Of a stretch of DNA of 64,000 nucleotides, positions 15,122 through 28,561 are shown in pieces (the stretch's first letter is position 1; each line of letters begins with the position of its first letter). The stretch comes from Schmidtea polychroa (taxonomy: Eukaryota), in assembly GCA_044892525.1 (NCBI GenBank), contig CM097885.1, forward strand, positions 53,446,001 through 53,510,000. Direction: 5' to 3'. Position numbers and translations under genes: made by a program. The notes below the pieces were generated by a model. That model was not told where the DNA came from, did not search any database, and saw nothing but the letters and a program-made list of their open reading frames with translations.

Positions 15122-15874
15122 TATATATTATAAAAATAATTATATCTTATAAAAAATAAATATACTATTACTAAAATTTATTGTCCTACTGTTTTAAAAT
15201 ATGACCTAAAGGTTTATTTTACTATTTTTAATAATTATTATTTATTAATTGCTTATTTTCAGAAATATTTTATTACTAAATATAGGTTCGTTTATTTCCT
15301 TTTCTGTAATTGTTATAATCTACATTCTATTCATAGTATACTAATCTGTACACCTAGACAAGCATCAAGCAACCCCAGACCCAACCCTATCAAGTGTATA
15401 CAGAATTTTCTATTTCAGTATTATTTAAGTATATTCAAATAAAATCAAAATGTTACTCCATATTAAATTTTATTTTTAATTTCCTTTATTAAAACAAAAT
15501 CTATACGTGTTAATAATTTTATAATTAAAAATTCTAATAGAGTTGACTTATAGAACAGTTAATTTTTTATAGATGGCTACTCATAAACAAATTCATGTTT
15601 TGAATATGTTACATAGTTTCATTTTCTTTCAATTTGGCAGATTAATATTATAAAAGTAAACATTTTTTTTACATATTTGTTCGATGCTTTGCATTTGAAA
15701 AACACATCGAAAAGAATTAGAATTAAAAATGTATCTAAATATATCTAAATATATTTCAACCCTTCTAAAATTCTAGCCTAGGAATGATGTAGGTCAATCA
15801 AAAATACTCTAAATATAAACTTCAATATTATAAGAGTTTTACTGTTTATAAACAAATTAATACAATTTTTTTAG

Positions 15875-16150
15875 ATTGATAGATGTGGAAGCTCGAACAG
15901 CCTCAATGGTGAACTAAGACTTGAAAGATTTGATCCGCCAGAAGGCTTAACTGGAACCGGAAGAAGAGGAGCTATGATAGCAGGAAAAGTAATAATGATA
16001 ATAATAATAATGATAATAATAATAATGATAATAATAATAATGATAATAATAATAATGATAATAATAATAATGATAATAATAATAATGATAATAATAATAA
16101 TGATAATAATAATAATGATAATAATAATAATGATAATAATAATAATAATG

Positions 16151-16228
<78 letters not shown>

Positions 16229-19200
16229 TATAACCCAAATTTATTCAAAAAGCAATGTGAAATAAATAATTAACCATAAAACTTTTAATTATTTTCAGTT
16301 TTTGTCGAAACTATTTCAAAAGTATTATTAAAAAAGGAAAGATGTGCAAATTTCACATGCAATTAGTGTAGCAAGCAAAAGAAGGTTTCTAATTAAATCT
16401 TCCTCATTAGAGCAATTAAACATTATAATTATGCATAATGATGAAAAGCTGATTTGCTATAAAAATAATATTTACTCAGAGCTATAAGAGATTAATTTTC
16501 TTTCAAAGAATATTTACATGATAAATTATATTTTAATCATGTTTTGTTTTCCACGTATTCGATTTGATACATACATTTAATAAACAAATAATATTTTCTT
16601 TTTATTAATACTATCAATTAATATTTTAATTTGTTTTTTTGTTCACTATTGATCGAAGAAATAGATTTTAATATTTTTTCTGTTCAATAGCAATGTATCA
16701 ACAAATTAAATGTAATCACAATATTATTGATCTATTGTCATCTACCAAGTACATTAAGGGTGTAGAATTGCAACTGCATTCCCTGAATTTTACCAGCAAT
16801 AATATAATTTTCATTAATCGTTGAACATTTTTCTACAAGCCTTTTTGTTTTCAGTCAAAACGCGCCCCGATTTTGGACAAATTGTCGAGAGTGTCCAGAA
16901 GGTTGTTAAATAATTAACAATTAATAATTTTGAATAATATATTAACAGTTTAAAGGTAAAGATAATTATAATATAAATTTGTAATTTAAAATAATAGAAT
17001 GTATGTAGAATGAAGTGTCTGATTTTTTCTTCTTCTTGATATTGTTGGAGTAGAGTTGAGCATTTCTCGATAATTTGTCATTCTCGAGAAATTGAGGGAA
17101 AAAGTTAAACCCCATCATATTTGTCCTTTTTTATAGCTAAAACATTCTTTTTGAAATTATTGATGATTAGTTTAATTGGTAAAACATTAAATCACTTCTA
17201 GTTCCAAAAAAGCCAAAACCAATATTTATTTTTTTTTACATTAAATAATGTTTTAAAAAACATAAGTGATCAATCTTGTTCTTTTTGCTGTCATGAAATT
17301 ACCAGAAACAGAAAAATTTTGCTCATTTTGCGTAGTTCACTTAGCAATTTAATACTCATTAGTTAATTTTCATGTTGAAGTGTTGAGAATAAAAATTTCC
17401 ATATTGGTTAAAATATTTACATCCTTTCGACTTAACACTCTCAGTGCCACAGAAAATACAGGCATTTTTAAACATGTTATTGTCAGGCACATTGTCAGAC
17501 CTGACAAGTTTATTTTAAAAAACGTCTGTCAGAAAAATCGACTGGACACAGAGTATGTTAAATATGCGTTCTCAGTCAAAAATCTGAAACAGACTGTGGA
17601 TCTAAAAGAAAATTTTGGTGTGACCTTGCATTTTCTTATTAAGTTCATTTAAATGCTCAAATATATCAGCAACATATGAAAGTTTGGCTATCCAGTAATC
17701 ATCATCGAGGTGCTGGCATAATTCGGGCATATTTTGTTTTAAAAGAAACTCACGCTCTCGTAACGAAGATCAAACAATCTAGCCAAAACTTTGCCTCGAG
17801 ATAACCAACAAATTTCACTATAAAAAAATAAGGATTTATATTCGACTTTCATTTATGCAAAGAGTATTTCGAAGATTCGCGAATTTAGGGCTCTTATGTT
17901 TACGATTTTAATGCATTCATTCATCATATTCAAAGGTTCCTCGGGCAGATTCGTAACCATTGTTGGGCTAGAACTGATTTCTAGACACAAACTTCTAATT
18001 ATGAGTGAAAGGTGTAGGTACACAACATGCAAAAAGCAAAAAGTATAGCTAAATATTAAAAACTACACCAAATAAACAATAGTAATTAAAGGAAAAAACA
18101 ACAAAAATAAACACAGAAATTAAATAAAATTATACAAAAGCAAGAAGTTATGCAAAATAGAACTCAAAAATGACCAAATAAACACAGAATTACAAAAACA
18201 GACTCGAATAACTTAAAAAACGGTAAAAACAGTAAAAAATTCCAGAAAAACCCAGAACATTCCATAAAAATGACGACGACCATCACAAAAGCCATCTATA
18301 ACAACAAAAGTTAGAGAAAATAAATAAATTAGTATTAAAAATAAAAAAATCTTAAAAGAAATTCATAAAACATCAGTTAAAATAAAAATAAAATTAACAT
18401 GGAATGTTCTGGAACCGTTCCAAATCCATCATGGACGTCGAATTAACAGAAAATAATTAAAAAATGAAAATTTAAAAATAAAAACAAAAAATTATGGCAC
18501 AAAAATTGCCATTAAAAATAGCAAAATCGCAAAATAGAAAATTCTGGAATAAAAAGAATTCGAGTTTGTTTTAATGCATCAATACATACATGTGTACAAA
18601 ATAGGTATATATACCGACACGTTTCGGTCATAATTTAAGCACCATTTTATGCCAATTTTTGAGAAAAATCTTGCCGACACAAATAGTAAGGATTGTTGAT
18701 TTTATTTTTTCAATTTTATTGTATTGATGAATTAATTTTTCATTTTTATTGTATTGAGGATCTATTTTTCATTTTTATTGTAGTGATGGTTTATTTAGGA
18801 AAAATTAAAGTAATTGCATATTTTGATGTTTCTTACTTTTGATTTTCTCCAGTGATGTACGAATGTTCAACGGCGTACTGATATTCCTGCGTCGTTGTTC
18901 AGTCCTGCATCCAATTTATTTAAAATTTATAGTACATGCATTATCAATATTATATCGATCTAATATTATATCGTCCTCATTTTGTTCGGGTCCTTCGGAG
19001 GTTGAACTACTTCATGGTCCTGCCACGGAGTTAGGTCGAGGAAACCCTCCGTCTGACTCTTTGTATTTATTAAAGGTCAGCCGTAAATGGTTGACTTAAC
19101 ATATAACATTAAGGTTTGTCGAAGTGGTCACAGTGGGGCCATGGAAGCAATATTCTTCCCGACCTTTTGCTTAATACACAATTAATTTCAACATTTAAAA

Positions 19201-22200
19201 TCAGGAACAACATCTCTACACTAAGGTATTAATCTGAGTAGAACTCATACCTAAACTTACACAATTCTGCACACACACTTATGTAGCTGGTTGACCCATA
19301 AAAGTAATTTCAAGCGTGACTTAACAGGCTAATTCAAATGTAAAGGTAGATATGATAAACTTAACCCTTCAAAATTAAGTTACAAATTGGTCAGGGTCTC
19401 TACTCGAAAATATTTGGATAAATGATAAATGTGTAACTATCCCAGATTAAACAACTCAGCTATGAACAATATGGATAATCTTCCGACTATGAAAGAAACC
19501 GTAAGTAGGTGTATACAGATCAGAAAATATAAATCTAGCTATGTATAGATTGCATATGTAGTTAACTTTGAGAAGGTAACCTGGTAATAATAGCAGATAG
19601 ACTTTAACCACCAAAAATTTCGGTATGAATTTTGGAACCTGAAAACCTAAATCATGATTAGTTATGAAAGAATCTTTTTAATCCCAAAACCTAAATTATA
19701 AACTTATAAATGTTACATATAAATGATATTAAGATTATAAATCCCCAAACATAAATGCTATATATAAATTATATCGATCTGAAAATTAGAAATTCCCAAT
19801 AGTTATAGTTAAATTTTACTTTATAGAATATAAATTAGGAATAGTGGTACAGGGATTTTAATTACAAAATATAATTTATATCTAATTATATATAAACTAT
19901 AAATATGTATTGATTCTGAAAATATAACTTACCCAGTTGCAGATAAATTTTACCATTAAAAATACTTAGGAAACAATATTAGTTATAAAAAGGTAATTTA
20001 TAAAAAGTAATGTAAAGTTGCCTACAAATTATAACTTTTAGAATATCAAATTACAGATTATAATTAGTCATACATAAAATGTTTAGGAATATAAATTATA
20101 AATAAGTATGAATTTTAACTTTAAAAGTAAGGAATAGAAATAATTCGAGGTAAATTTGTACTGTAAAGTATGCTTTAGAAATAGGTATAAATACAAAGTA
20201 AGAATGTAGATATGAACTATAATAGTTATAATTAGCATTTAACCATGAATATATAAGATACAAATAACTATAATAGTTTGCCTCTAAATACACGACGCTA
20301 AAAATTAGGAATAAAAATTGGTTTTTGGTTAAATTTATAAATTATAAATTGAAAATAATTATATTTTTTATTATTATTATAATCGTTATCATTATTATTT
20401 CTATTATCCTCATTCTTATTAATATTCTTATTAGTATAGTTGTCATTACTATTATTATTATTATTATCATTATTATTTTATCATTATTAATATTAGCAGT
20501 ATTACCAGTAACATTATCATTCTTACTATTATTATTACTATTACCATTATTAGTATTATTATAATATTTTTAAAATAATTATTTCATAAAAATAAAATTA
20601 TAAAACAAATTATTGATTTTGGGATTCCCCTATCTCTAAATTTAGTTCCAATGGCCCTATCTCCCAATAAAATTTCGGAAAATAACTAAAATCTATTTTT
20701 AGTAACATCCCCCCCCCGGAAAACGACCTCTTTATTACTAAGTTGAAAATATATATATATATGTATATAATATATCTACTGGTGTAAGTGTGTATGTATA
20801 TATGTATAAATAAGGGTATGTGTGTGCATGAAGGTATAAGTATCCATGCGTGATTCTGGATATATCCCCATAAAATTATCAGATTTACTTTCCACTCGAA
20901 TCAAAAAGAGACTAAACTTATTAATTTCAATCACTAAATTTCTGATAATATTATGTTCGAATCAAATCAAAGGACAAAAACTCAATTATAAGCTAAGTTT
21001 AATAATTCCAATTACTAAATTTCTGACAAAATTATGTTCAAATCAAATCAAAGGACAAAACTCAATTGAAAACTAAATTTATTAATCCAATCACCAAATC
21101 TATTTGCATCATAGTTTCTTTGAATTATATTCATGCCAAAGTTCTTCAAGCCCAGGTGATGGACCATCTCGATGAAATGTATTCCCTGGGGTGGGAAAGC
21201 TCCTGGATGACTCCTCCAGTTTGATTTTGGTACAATGACTTGCGTATTGCTTTGATGTAATAATGTTGGATAGCCAACTAGATTCCTTGCATCTCTTCTA
21301 CGTAGTCATCGTTGGATAATTCCGCCAGGAAGATTAGTCGGTGGAACCAACCTTGGGGCAACCAAGCCTTCATACCTCATTGAATGGTAATAAACTTGAT
21401 TGCCAAGCAAATCTCTGATTTTTCTCATTGGCGCTGTCGAGCAATCCTTGCTCAGATGGGATGTCATAGTACGTTGTTAGTCAAGGGTGATTGTTGCGGG
21501 AGTGCGACCGACTACTGATATTACTGAAATGTTATTAAAAAGTGTATGATATCAATATTTAATATTTTCAATTGTTTACCTTATCATAGCAAAATTAACC
21601 AAAAGTACAAATTGATTCGAAATTCATTATTTATCATTAATTATAATTATATCAACAAAACAACGAAAAATTTAGATACTGTTAAATGACTATAACAAAA
21701 CAAAAAGTACTAAAAAATCAAGATTCCATGGCTTTATTTAAATTATTAGTTACCAATTTTTTCTATTAGATAAAAAATTTTTTTTTCTTCTTAATTTAAT
21801 TGATTTAAAATTATCGCTAAGTCAAATTCAATCTTCGTGTTAAAAGCACTTAACTTACTTACAGTAACTTATTATTTAGTTGAGATATTTTATCATAACT
21901 TCAATTTGTAAGTCATTGGTTAGGAACAGGTTTTAACATTTGTACTGCAGATATGTCCCAATCAGATGAGTTCAGTGATGAAGAAAACCACCGACAAATG
22001 ATCACCCGGCTCCGTACGCGGTATATTTGGTACCGCATCCACGACTGGAATCGTGGATTGGACCTTGAGAACTTTGGTCCGGTTATCAGAAGCGGTCCGG
22101 AACCGGATGCCCCGGCGTGGGTGAAAACGGAGCCGGAGAACAACGTACTCCGAGAGGCCAGAGATCAAGCGGCCGTTGACGTGGAAATCGCTCAGAGCCG

Positions 22201-25200
22201 GCTGAAGAGACTGGAACTGCAACTTCGAGCCAAGCGAGAGGGGGTATCCCTAGAGGAGCTCGAAGACGCCGAGATAACTCCGCGGAAGAGAGGGAGGCCC
22301 CGCAAACAACCATTGTGATCGTGGACAATTCAGTTAACTTGGACAACTCCTGTTTTTATGAATTAACTATTAGCAGTTGTTGTGTTTGATTTAAATTTTT
22401 TGTGTATATTAGTAAACGTCGAGTGTTTACTCTCAAATAAAGTGTTTCCTTTTGTTCTGTGTATTACTTGATAGAGGGAAGAGTATGAAGATACCTCAGT
22501 AGAAATGCTAATATCGATTCATTAATTTTACTATTCATTGGTTTTAACTTTCTTTTTGGATGTAAAGGAAACTAATGTTTTTTCTTTCTCTCTTTTTAGT
22601 GTATAAATTGATGGAGAACCTACGTAAGGATTGGGAGCAGGCCCAGCAGCAAACCGATGAACTTCGAATCCGGGTGGACAAGTTGAAAGGAAAATGTCGG
22701 GAGTTCGAGGGGACCTGGTTTAGTCCGAAGCAATGAAGAAGAAAACAACCCAGATCCTCCAGCTGCAGACACAGGCCGCACAAGACCAAATGGAGATCCG
22801 CGCCCTGAAACTACAGGTGCGGGCGCTCGAAAACGCGCGAAATGAGCAGTTGGTGCAGGAGGCCGTGGGAAGACAAATACGGCCACTGGCTGTTGAACTC
22901 GCAACAATATATCCCCCAGCCGCTGAGAATAAGCCTAAACGAAAGCGGCTTGGACGGAACATTCGGGAGAAGTTAAAGAAGGCCAGGTTGGCCGAGTTCG
23001 AACGGCAAGCAAATTCGTCGCAAGCGCCTACGACGGGGTTGGCCAGCTCTACCAACAAGCCGATTTAAACCTGTATTCTGTTTTATATATTCTGTAGTAG
23101 GCTTTGTATATTTGTGTAGCATTAAAATAATACATATTCTTGTGGTGTTAAAACAGTATTTTTTAGTATCAAATAATGTCTGATATATTTTATGATTGAC
23201 TGAGAAATGAGAGTTTGTGCGTAAGGTTGGGGAAACAATTTTGATAAGGGACCTGAGAAATCGGACACACACCTTCTAACGGTAGTCCGTGAACCCATAG
23301 AGTACTTGACAATTATAGTGCCTTGATGCGCTCACTTTTTGCGAGTACTCACCCCTTGGTACAGTACCAACGTTGATTACTCAACGGGTACCAAGCGGAA
23401 AACAAGGTTGTATCCTGGGTTGCCCTTAAACACTCGACCATCAGTAACCCACCACCATCAATACTTTTCGATGTTTGCAGTAGTGCAAAAATTGTATTGT
23501 GGGATTTTTTTGATTTATATAAGAAACAAAACCCTTTTACTGCCCGTCATTGCCGCAGTCCCATCCGTGTGAATAGCAACACAATTACTCCATTGAATGC
23601 TATATCATTTTAAAAAATCATAGGTTACTTTAAAAATTTCTTTACCAGTTGTTCGCTCTGGAATCTTTATAAAATAAATAATATTCATTAATAGAGTCCT
23701 CATCAAGAAAACATGTAATGGCTATCAGCCGTGATTTATTTTTAATATCAGTCGTCTCGTCGATCTGAAGCGTAAATTTTTCAGCCAATAAGAGTTTTCT
23801 AATCATTGTTTCAAAATATCACCGTTTAATTTACTGCGTACAATTGATTCGTTTGATAGCTGTTTGCCGCAAATAATGCACTGCGGATTTGGAGCCATTT
23901 CATCACCACACCATGAGAATCCGTATTTAATATAGTCTTCGTCTTATTTTCTTTTCACTATCTTTTTTTGTTTTTTGTAACAATTGGCCTGGGTTCTTCT
24001 ATATTCCTACTTGAAGATTCGTCTTTTCCACGTAAAAATTTGTCCATATTCAAAGAAATACACTTACCAAATTAATTAGATTATTATGAAGCACTCACTA
24101 CTTGAAACTGATCTAAATTAGAAAAATTAATTAATAATTAAGATTATTTTAAGTTAAAAAGAACATTACAATCAAAGCTAAATACATACTGCATAGTAAG
24201 ACATGTCTACAAAATTTGAATTTTCTTACTCTTACATATTTTTACACTAAGAAGAATCTATTTTACATTTATCATAAATAATTGTTATTTACACAAAATA
24301 CATTTGAAATTATTTTTTATCATAATATTATTAATAATTATAATAATACTGTTAATTATAATTATAAAATAATCATTAAAGAATCATTAAAAAATGAATA
24401 AATATTGGTTTAAATTTTAAAATTTTAAATGTTTGATTGGTTAAAAAATTAAGTTATTATTATTAAAATAATATTTATTAAAGAGTCCTCAGTGGCTTAA
24501 AAATTGTGAAAAAATTAAGCTAAAAATGTGACGGTATAAACCACCTCAAAAAATTAATATAAATTTAACAAATTTAAGAAATATAAATATTAAAACAATT
24601 TAAATACATTTTTAATTTAATGAAAATTTAACGAAAAATGATAAAGTTAAATAAAACCCAAAATAAATCAATTAATTATATAAATAGACTAAAAATAAAA
24701 AATTAATTATAATTTAGATTTATTTATAAATTTAACAGTTTTAACATATTTTTAAATTTTAAAATGTTAATACATTGAATTTTACCGCAGCACACCTGGA
24801 TCGGGTTCACGACACACCAGGGTGCCGCAGTACACTAGTTGCAGAGCACTGTCGTATATAGAGGGAAAGTAGTAAAAGTATTTAAGTGAATAAATATTAT
24901 AAGATAGAGTAAAATAAGATCAAGATATAATGTCAACATAAACAACAACTAACAATTCAACCTTTTCCCGATGTAATTCCTAATAATTCAGCTTTAGTTG
25001 ACATTTAACCAAATGAGTGATGCCAATCTTGATTTATTTGATAACTTATGACATTTAATTATATTGTTGATATGATAAGTCACATTTTTGATTATCCAGA
25101 ATAAACGATTTGTATCTGCCATCATCTTGATGTTTTTGGAAAAATTAATATTTAATGTGACAATTTATGTTTATCATTTTATTTATGTGAAAGAGTAAAT

Positions 25201-26549
25201 GATATTAAATATTAAATAATTTTAAATTAAAATCATGGTTTCTTAGTAGCAGCGTAATTTAAATGTTAAACAAGTAAATGATAAGATAAGTCTTTCTTTT
25301 AATATTAAATAAAATTATAAAAAAAAACTAAGTAGACTTGAATATTTATTATCAATATTACCATGAATTATTTAGATTATTCATCACAAACTGTTCCCAT
25401 TTATTTGTTAATTTCCTTTACTTATATTATTATCCCAAATTTTTGAATATTTAAAAATTTAGCAAATGTTCCAATCACTTAAATTAAATTCAACATTTAT
25501 TAATCAAGGGAATCAACTTTTACAATTTTACTTTATTCAGGATTATTAAGTTATATATATTTTTTCATATGAAAAAAGATCAATAAACATCTTAACACAT
25601 TCACCGCTAGGTACACAAGATAACTCGTACCTCAGCTCATTGTTAGTAATCTTGCTGGTAATCATTTTATTGGCGTATATGTAACAGCCTACTATAGTAG
25701 CAACATCTGGGTAATAAAAATGAATACATATACATTATAACAATGAGTTATCACGACCTGGCGGTGAATGTGTTAATGATAACTGCAAATTTTCTCCACG
25801 TCTTTTATCAAGTATATCATTGCAAAACAATTTTTTTGAAGGATGTAATATAATGATATTTATCCCCCAAGAAATTATTGAACGTGTTCAATGATTTTAA
25901 TAGATTTTACATTGATAAAAGTAAAAACTATAAAACAACATTACAATTTCATTATTTGCTTTTAAAAATCTGTTTTCTAATAATTTATTATATATGCTTC
26001 GTTAAATTTATTATTAAATTAAAAATATTAATTAAGAATTACATCGAAGATACTGCAGAAGTAACTTCAATACAAAGTCTAGACGTGGATAGCAAAGGGT
26101 ATATTAATATTAATAATATCTAACTGGAATAAATAATTTTACAAGAAATAAAAATGAAACAGATTACAAGCGATCTTCTATTGTTCTTGGAATGCAAATG
26201 ATTCCAGGAGTAGAAACTTTAAAAGAGCAACACAATAAAAAAACGCTCAGAAGGCAACACACGATAAGTGAGATAAATCCGAGTACTTCTACTTTTCATA
26301 CAGAAGGTATTATTATTATTATTATTATAATTATTATTATTATTATTATTATTATATTATTTTTATATATATTTTTCTTTGAAAAATTACAATATTGGAT
26401 GAATTATTATTGTTATGGGTACTTGATGTGTTCTTCGTGCAGAATTCAAAATTAGTAGCATTCCAACTTCTGATATCGAATTAGCTGTTTCATTAGCACA
26501 ATTTCTTATCAGGACATTTTTAGAATATAAAGCTTCTAGATCTAAATAA
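15875..26549 (+). CDS. Partial spliced host gene (exons 15875-15988, 26037-26098, 26146-26306, 26443-26549), unknown protein
   Basis: All four segments have AG/GT boundaries, compatible phases (0, 2, 1) and one open frame: IDRCG...TGRRGAMIAGK / NYIEDTAE...SKG / NKNETDYKRSS...LRRQHTISE...HTE / EFKISS...KASRSK*. The 5' exons were not found. Confidence 0.55.
17436..17557. mobile_element. TTAA-flanked piggyBac-like MITE
   Basis: TTAA|CACTCTCAGTG...CAGAGTATG|TTAA inside the hAT remnant; imperfect TIRs. Confidence 0.6.
21109..21523 (-). pseudogene. Decayed spliced ORF of unknown function inside the LTR-like element
   Basis: GC-richer exon after a TTTCAG acceptor, ~135 codons with two in-frame stops (..NWRSHPGAFPPQG..EELWHEYNSKKL*). 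Confidence 0.4.
21953..22318 (+). CDS. 121-aa coiled-coil protein with C-terminal AT-hook
   Basis: GC-rich ORF in an AT-rich context, acceptor CTGCAG just upstream, VKTE SUMO consensus, heptad stretch, TPRKRGRPRK AT-hook/NLS, AATAAA at ~22436. Confidence 0.7.
   Translation: MSQSDEFSDEENHRQMITRLRTRYIWYRIHDWNRGLDLENFGPVIRSGPEPDAPAWVKTEPENNVLREARDQAAVDVEIAQSRLKRLELQLRAKREGVSLEELEDAEITPRKRGRPRKQPL
22611..23068 (+). pseudogene. Coiled-coil protein, frameshifted (MENLRKDWEQ... then MKKKTTQILQ...)
   Basis: Polypyrimidine/AG acceptor at ~22599, followed by two adjacent GC-rich heptad-repeat ORFs with a basic KPKRKRL NLS-like motif. Confidence 0.5.
25596..25772. mobile_element. TTAA-flanked piggyBac-like MITE
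   Basis: TTAA|CACATTCACCGCTAGG...CCTGGCGGTGAATGTG|TTAA. Confidence 0.8.
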
Positions 26550-26651
26550 TCTGTACCTGAACTCATATATAACATTCAACACGAAGATTAGGTAAATCAT
26601 TAATCGGTTTTAAATCAGTTTTCCCATTAAAAATAAGAACATCAATTACAT

Positions 26652-28149
26652 CAGGGTTTCTTAACTAGTGAGGTATACCTCCCTTCGTGAGGTATACTAA
26701 TGTGATAGGGGAGGTATGAGATTTTATTTATTTTTGTTATGTTTTTTTTAAATTAAAAATTAAAATTATTTACAAAAAAATAATTTAAAAAAATTCTTCA
26801 AAATTTAAACTTGTTTTATTTATTATGTACATATTTATATTATACAAAATAAAATTTGAACGATTACTTTTTTGCTAAATATGTTAGCATTTCTCTATTT
26901 TTGTACATAACTATTTCTAATTAATTATGTTTCTTTTGAAATCAAGTAGCCTTCGAAAAAATTCAAAATTATATACATTTTTATATTCAAGTTTAGTAAA
27001 GTTATATTGGTTGCTGATAGTTGCATTTCTTTTAACTTGTTTTAATTATTTCGTTACCGCTAATAATAAAAAAGAAATATGTCGAAAAAAAGGAAATATA
27101 GTGAGGATTATGTGAAATTTGGATTTACATGCTGTGTTCGTGATAAAATCGAAAAACCCCAATGCTTTCTATGCTCAAAAATTCTCTGCAATGATAATAT
27201 GAGGCCTTCTAAACTTCTTGAACATTTTACAAAAATGCATTCAAATAATTCTGGAGACTCACTTGAATCTCTCAAGCAGAAAAAAGCTCAATTTCTGTCA
27301 TCAGGAACTTTAACCAAGTTAGGTTTTGGAATTAATCAAAAGCCACTTGTTGCAGCTAGTTATAAAGTAGCATATCTTATCGCAAAGAACAAAAAGTCTC
27401 ATACCATCGGTGAAACGTTGGTCAAGCCTTGTGCTCTTGAAATGGTAGAAGCTGTTCTCGGAAAGCCACAGAGAAATCAGATCGCGGCAGTACCTCTTTC
27501 AAATGACGTGATAAGAAGTCGAATTGTGGAAATGTCATCTGATATTTTGGATCAACTTATGTCAGAACTGAAGAAAACAACTCTTCCTTTTGGTCTGCAA
27601 CTGGATGAAAGTACTGATGTAGCTCAGTGCAGTCAATTTTTGACCTTTGTTAGATATACCACCGAAACTGGTATTAAAGAAGAGTTTTTGTTCTGCCATC
27701 CGATATTAGCTACTACAAAAGCGACTGATGTGTACCAGATAATTGATGATTTTTTTTCAGAAAATAAACTTGATTGGAAGGAAAAGTTAGGATTCATATG
27801 TACTGATGGTGCACCTTCCATGCTAGGGAAAAATTCTGGTTTTGGAGCATTGGTACGAGCGATGGCTCCAAATGTTATGGTTCTGCATTGTTTTTTACAT
27901 CGCCATGCATTTGCATCACGAACTCTTTTACAAAGACTCAAGTCTGCCATGGATATCACTGTCCAAGCTGTAAATTTCATCCGATCTCGAGCTTTGAATC
28001 ACAGACTCTTCAAAATATTATGCCAAGAAGTTGGAGCTTCTCATGAAATGCTGCTTTATCACACTGATGTACGCTGGATTTCACGTGGACGAGTTTTCAC
28101 TCGTGTCCTGGAACTCAAAATGGAGATAATAACATTTCTTCGAGAGAAT
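26652..28149 (+). mobile_element. 3'-truncated hAT (Buster/ZBED5-like) transposon
   Basis: Left TIR CAGGGTTTCTTAAC at 26652; the transposase is cut by an LTR fragment. Confidence 0.85.
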
Positions 28150-28230
28150 GGTAATGGAAAGCCCGAGCCCAATGGGAACCCGAGCGCTGAAGGAAACCGG
28201 ATGCACAGTGAGACCCGAGCGGTCAGATAA
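27079..28230 (+). CDS. hAT transposase, C-terminally truncated
   Basis: BED-like PQCFLCSK..H..H, LQLDESTD, ICTDGAPSMLG, HCFLHR, VRWISRG. The last ~26 aa come from LTR sequence. Confidence 0.92.
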   Translation: MSKKRKYSEDYVKFGFTCCVRDKIEKPQCFLCSKILCNDNMRPSKLLEHFTKMHSNNSGDSLESLKQKKAQFLSSGTLTKLGFGINQKPLVAASYKVAYLIAKNKKSHTIGETLVKPCALEMVEAVLGKPQRNQIAAVPLSNDVIRSRIVEMSSDILDQLMSELKKTTLPFGLQLDESTDVAQCSQFLTFVRYTTETGIKEEFLFCHPILATTKATDVYQIIDDFFSENKLDWKEKLGFICTDGAPSMLGKNSGFGALVRAMAPNVMVLHCFLHRHAFASRTLLQRLKSAMDITVQAVNFIRSRALNHRLFKILCQEVGASHEMLLYHTDVRWISRGRVFTRVLELKMEIITFLRENGNGKPEPNGNPSAEGNRMHSETRAVR

Positions 28231-28561
28231 GAGATGGAATATTTTGAGCCCTAATCAAGGGTAAACAAATTAAAACAATTGGAAAACCCTCAAATATTTA
28301 CTTAGGATTCCCGGGGAAATAATTAATTGCAATTCTCTAGATTATTGGGCTCCCAGAAGTAGAATATAAAGAAAGATCAGAAATGAGCTAGCCGCCAGTT
28401 GGTCGAAGAAAGAAAAGAGAACCGCAGAAACCAGGAAGGTGACAAATTGTAATTGTGAAAAAAGATTGAATAAAATTATTTTGTGTTGCGTTTCGAGTTA
28501 TTTGGTTGAATAAAACACCAGTAGTCAGAGAGAAAACCGACTTTCAAATAAAAACCCAACA
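28150..28561. mobile_element. LTR fragment related to 3785-4827
   Basis: Shares GAACCCGAGC repeats and the terminal AGTCAGAG...AAAAACCCAACA. Confidence 0.65.

Larger units (their letters stand above)
17961..23454. mobile_element. 5.5 kb solo-LTR-like insertion carrying small genes
   Basis: Termini TGTTGGG...CCCACCA with a 4-bp TSD CCAT (17957-60, 23455-58). Removing it restores the hAT reading HRKVLMVTNLPEE. No gag/pol seen. Confidence 0.8.
17250..24851 (-). mobile_element. Decayed hAT (Buster/Charlie-like) transposon split by nested insertions
   Basis: TIR CAGTGCTCTGCAAC at 24851. Remnants: PQCIICGKQLSN (BED), LQIDETTDI, IHTDGTAAMTG, HYCKHRKVLM (to 23455), resuming VTNLPEE..IRALNSRIF..CWLSRGKVL..LNELNKKMQG left of 17960. 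The 3' boundary is approximate. Confidence 0.85.

Noticed and set aside
20701..20723. Polypurine tract followed by TGTTAC on the minus strand, as a possible LTR start
   Set aside because: No matching partner end or TSD; the TSD-defined boundaries 17961/23454 explain the region better.
21913..23272. Multiple minus-strand ORFs over the GC-rich island
   Set aside because: Antisense shadows of the plus-strand ORFs, which have the splice and polyA signals.
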